From NCBI RefSeq assembly GCF_009914755.1, contig NC_060932.1: 64,000 nt of DNA, one strand, 5' to 3'. Shown here in pieces: positions 62,528-64,000 of the stretch. Source of the stretch: the human T2T-CHM13v2.0 reference genome, Homo sapiens. Below the pieces are notes generated by a model. That model made no database searches, was not told where the DNA came from, and saw only the letters and a list, made by a program, of their open reading frames with translations. A program made the translations under genes and the position numbers. Positions within the stretch are counted from its first letter, which is position 1. Every line of letters starts with the position of its first letter.

Positions 62528-63129
62528 AAAAATTCACCTTTAAAACAAACAAGAAACCTAAAACTGGCAATGAACATATAATGCAATGTAAAGGAAATGG
62601 AAAGAACTGGTGGCGTAAAGGATGGATGTTTTCTCCTAGTGCCTTATCATCACTGCTCTGCGCCTGGCTATTCTGGGCTTCTTGCTACCTGTGGAACACG
62701 CCAAAAACATCCCTTTACCTTCCTCACAAGCTCTCTTCTTTGTAGGTACATTTGTAATGTAGTTCTTTATAATGCTTTTCCTCTGGGAAAAGTTTTTGTC
62801 ATTTCAAGTCTACTTCTATCACAAAACAATGTACAATTGATGACTTGAAGAAAGGAACTGTGACTTTATTTTTGCATCGTTAGAACCTAGAATGAAATCT
62901 GCCTCAAAAGAAGCAAAGCATATTATCATCTTGATGTGAATTAGATTCTGAACTTAGCCAAGAATCCAAGAATTTCAAAGTAAAGAGTATCTGACAAAAA
63001 AAATGCCTTAGTGCTGCTTTTCTCACCAGAAGTTACAACAATATTATCAGTAGTAGCAACACTGGATATAATTTCTTGAGAACTTAATGTGTTCCTGGCA
63101 CACTTCTTAGAAATTTTACAAATATATAT

Positions 63130-63384
63130 ATTTTTGAGACAAAGCCTCCATCACAGCTCATTGCAGCCTCCACTACCCAGGCTCAAGTGATCCTCCCACC
63201 TCAGCCTCCTGAGTAGCTGAAACTATCGGCATGCGCCACCCAAACCAGCTAATTTTTGTATTTTTTGTAGAGATGGGGTCTTGCTAAGTTGTCCAGGCTG
63301 GTCTTGAACTCCTGGATTGAAGTGATCCTCCCTCCTTGGCCTCCCAAAGTACTAGCATTACAGGCATGAGCCACCGTGCCCAGT
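63130..63384 (-). mobile_element. AluJ, internally deleted
   Basis: Reverse-complement Alu consensus. Confidence 0.85.
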
Positions 63385-64000
63385 CTCATATATTACCCTT
63401 AATCCTCACAGTAACCTTATGTTTCTTTAAACACTGCATTTTACCACATTTGACAAAAATCACATCTACTGATTCTAGGAAACTTTATTAGTTTATAAGA
63501 CCAAAAAAGGGAGGAGAATGTTGAAAACTAAAGTATGATACAATTCTTTCTTCCCTCTTAGAATTTTTATTTTATTCTTACCAAAAGAGTTCTTTTAAAG
63601 TCATTCAGACATTACAGTAACAACAATATTAACAAAACAAACTCTACTTGAGTGGAAAGCAAGGACAACTACATTAAAATAATGCTTCCAATTATTACCA
63701 ACTGTAAAATGCCACTGATTTTAAGATACACTCCAGTTCCAGAAATGTTAACATGTAAAAAAATAGGCATCTTAGAAGTTTTGAAACATGAAATTTCTCT
63801 GAAAGGATAAGTTACTTGCTCTGTGGATCACACAGATAATAATCAAGGCCTTGGGATTTGAACACACATCAACTGGACTTCAGAGCTTTTTCTAATCATG
63901 TCATGCCATATCCTGTTCTATTTGAAAGTTCTTTCCTTTACCTAGTTATCTATGGGGGCATTAAATGATAATTAAGAATCAACAGTAAGTAAACAGAAGA

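Noticed and set aside
63501-63510. Formal CArG box CCAAAAAAGG
   Set aside because: The core is a pure A tract, it is isolated, and it lies upstream of the kinase exon, so it is not positioned for FRNK.

Overview
Primate, almost certainly human, genomic DNA. The whole window lies inside PTK2 (focal adhesion kinase, FAK), which runs on the minus strand. Eight coding exons can be placed to the base with GT-AG boundaries and continuous phase: 61233-61437, 43580-43691, 32105-32191, 28559-28696, 26878-27009, 12625-12687, 1472-1511 and 310-416. They encode the kinase C-lobe, the FRNK start region and the proline-rich linker up to just before the FAT domain. The intronic MIR151A hairpin lies at 58546-58635. 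The rest is intron rich in Alu, L1, L2/MIR, MLT1 and DNA-transposon relics, and nearly all entries in the ORF track are Alu or L1 artefacts. I found no convincing novel multi-gene system. The most interesting observations are: (1) three phase-0 exons flanked by inverted Alus that would back-splice into a 357-nt stop-free circle; (2) a candidate FRNK leader exon and promoter with clustered TEAD/AP-1/FOX motifs; (3) an intact MER85 piggyBac MITE with its CSB-PGBD3 palindrome; (4) a tailless U2 retrocopy; (5) several local templated-rearrangement scars. Repeat subfamily names and most repeat boundaries are by eye and approximate.
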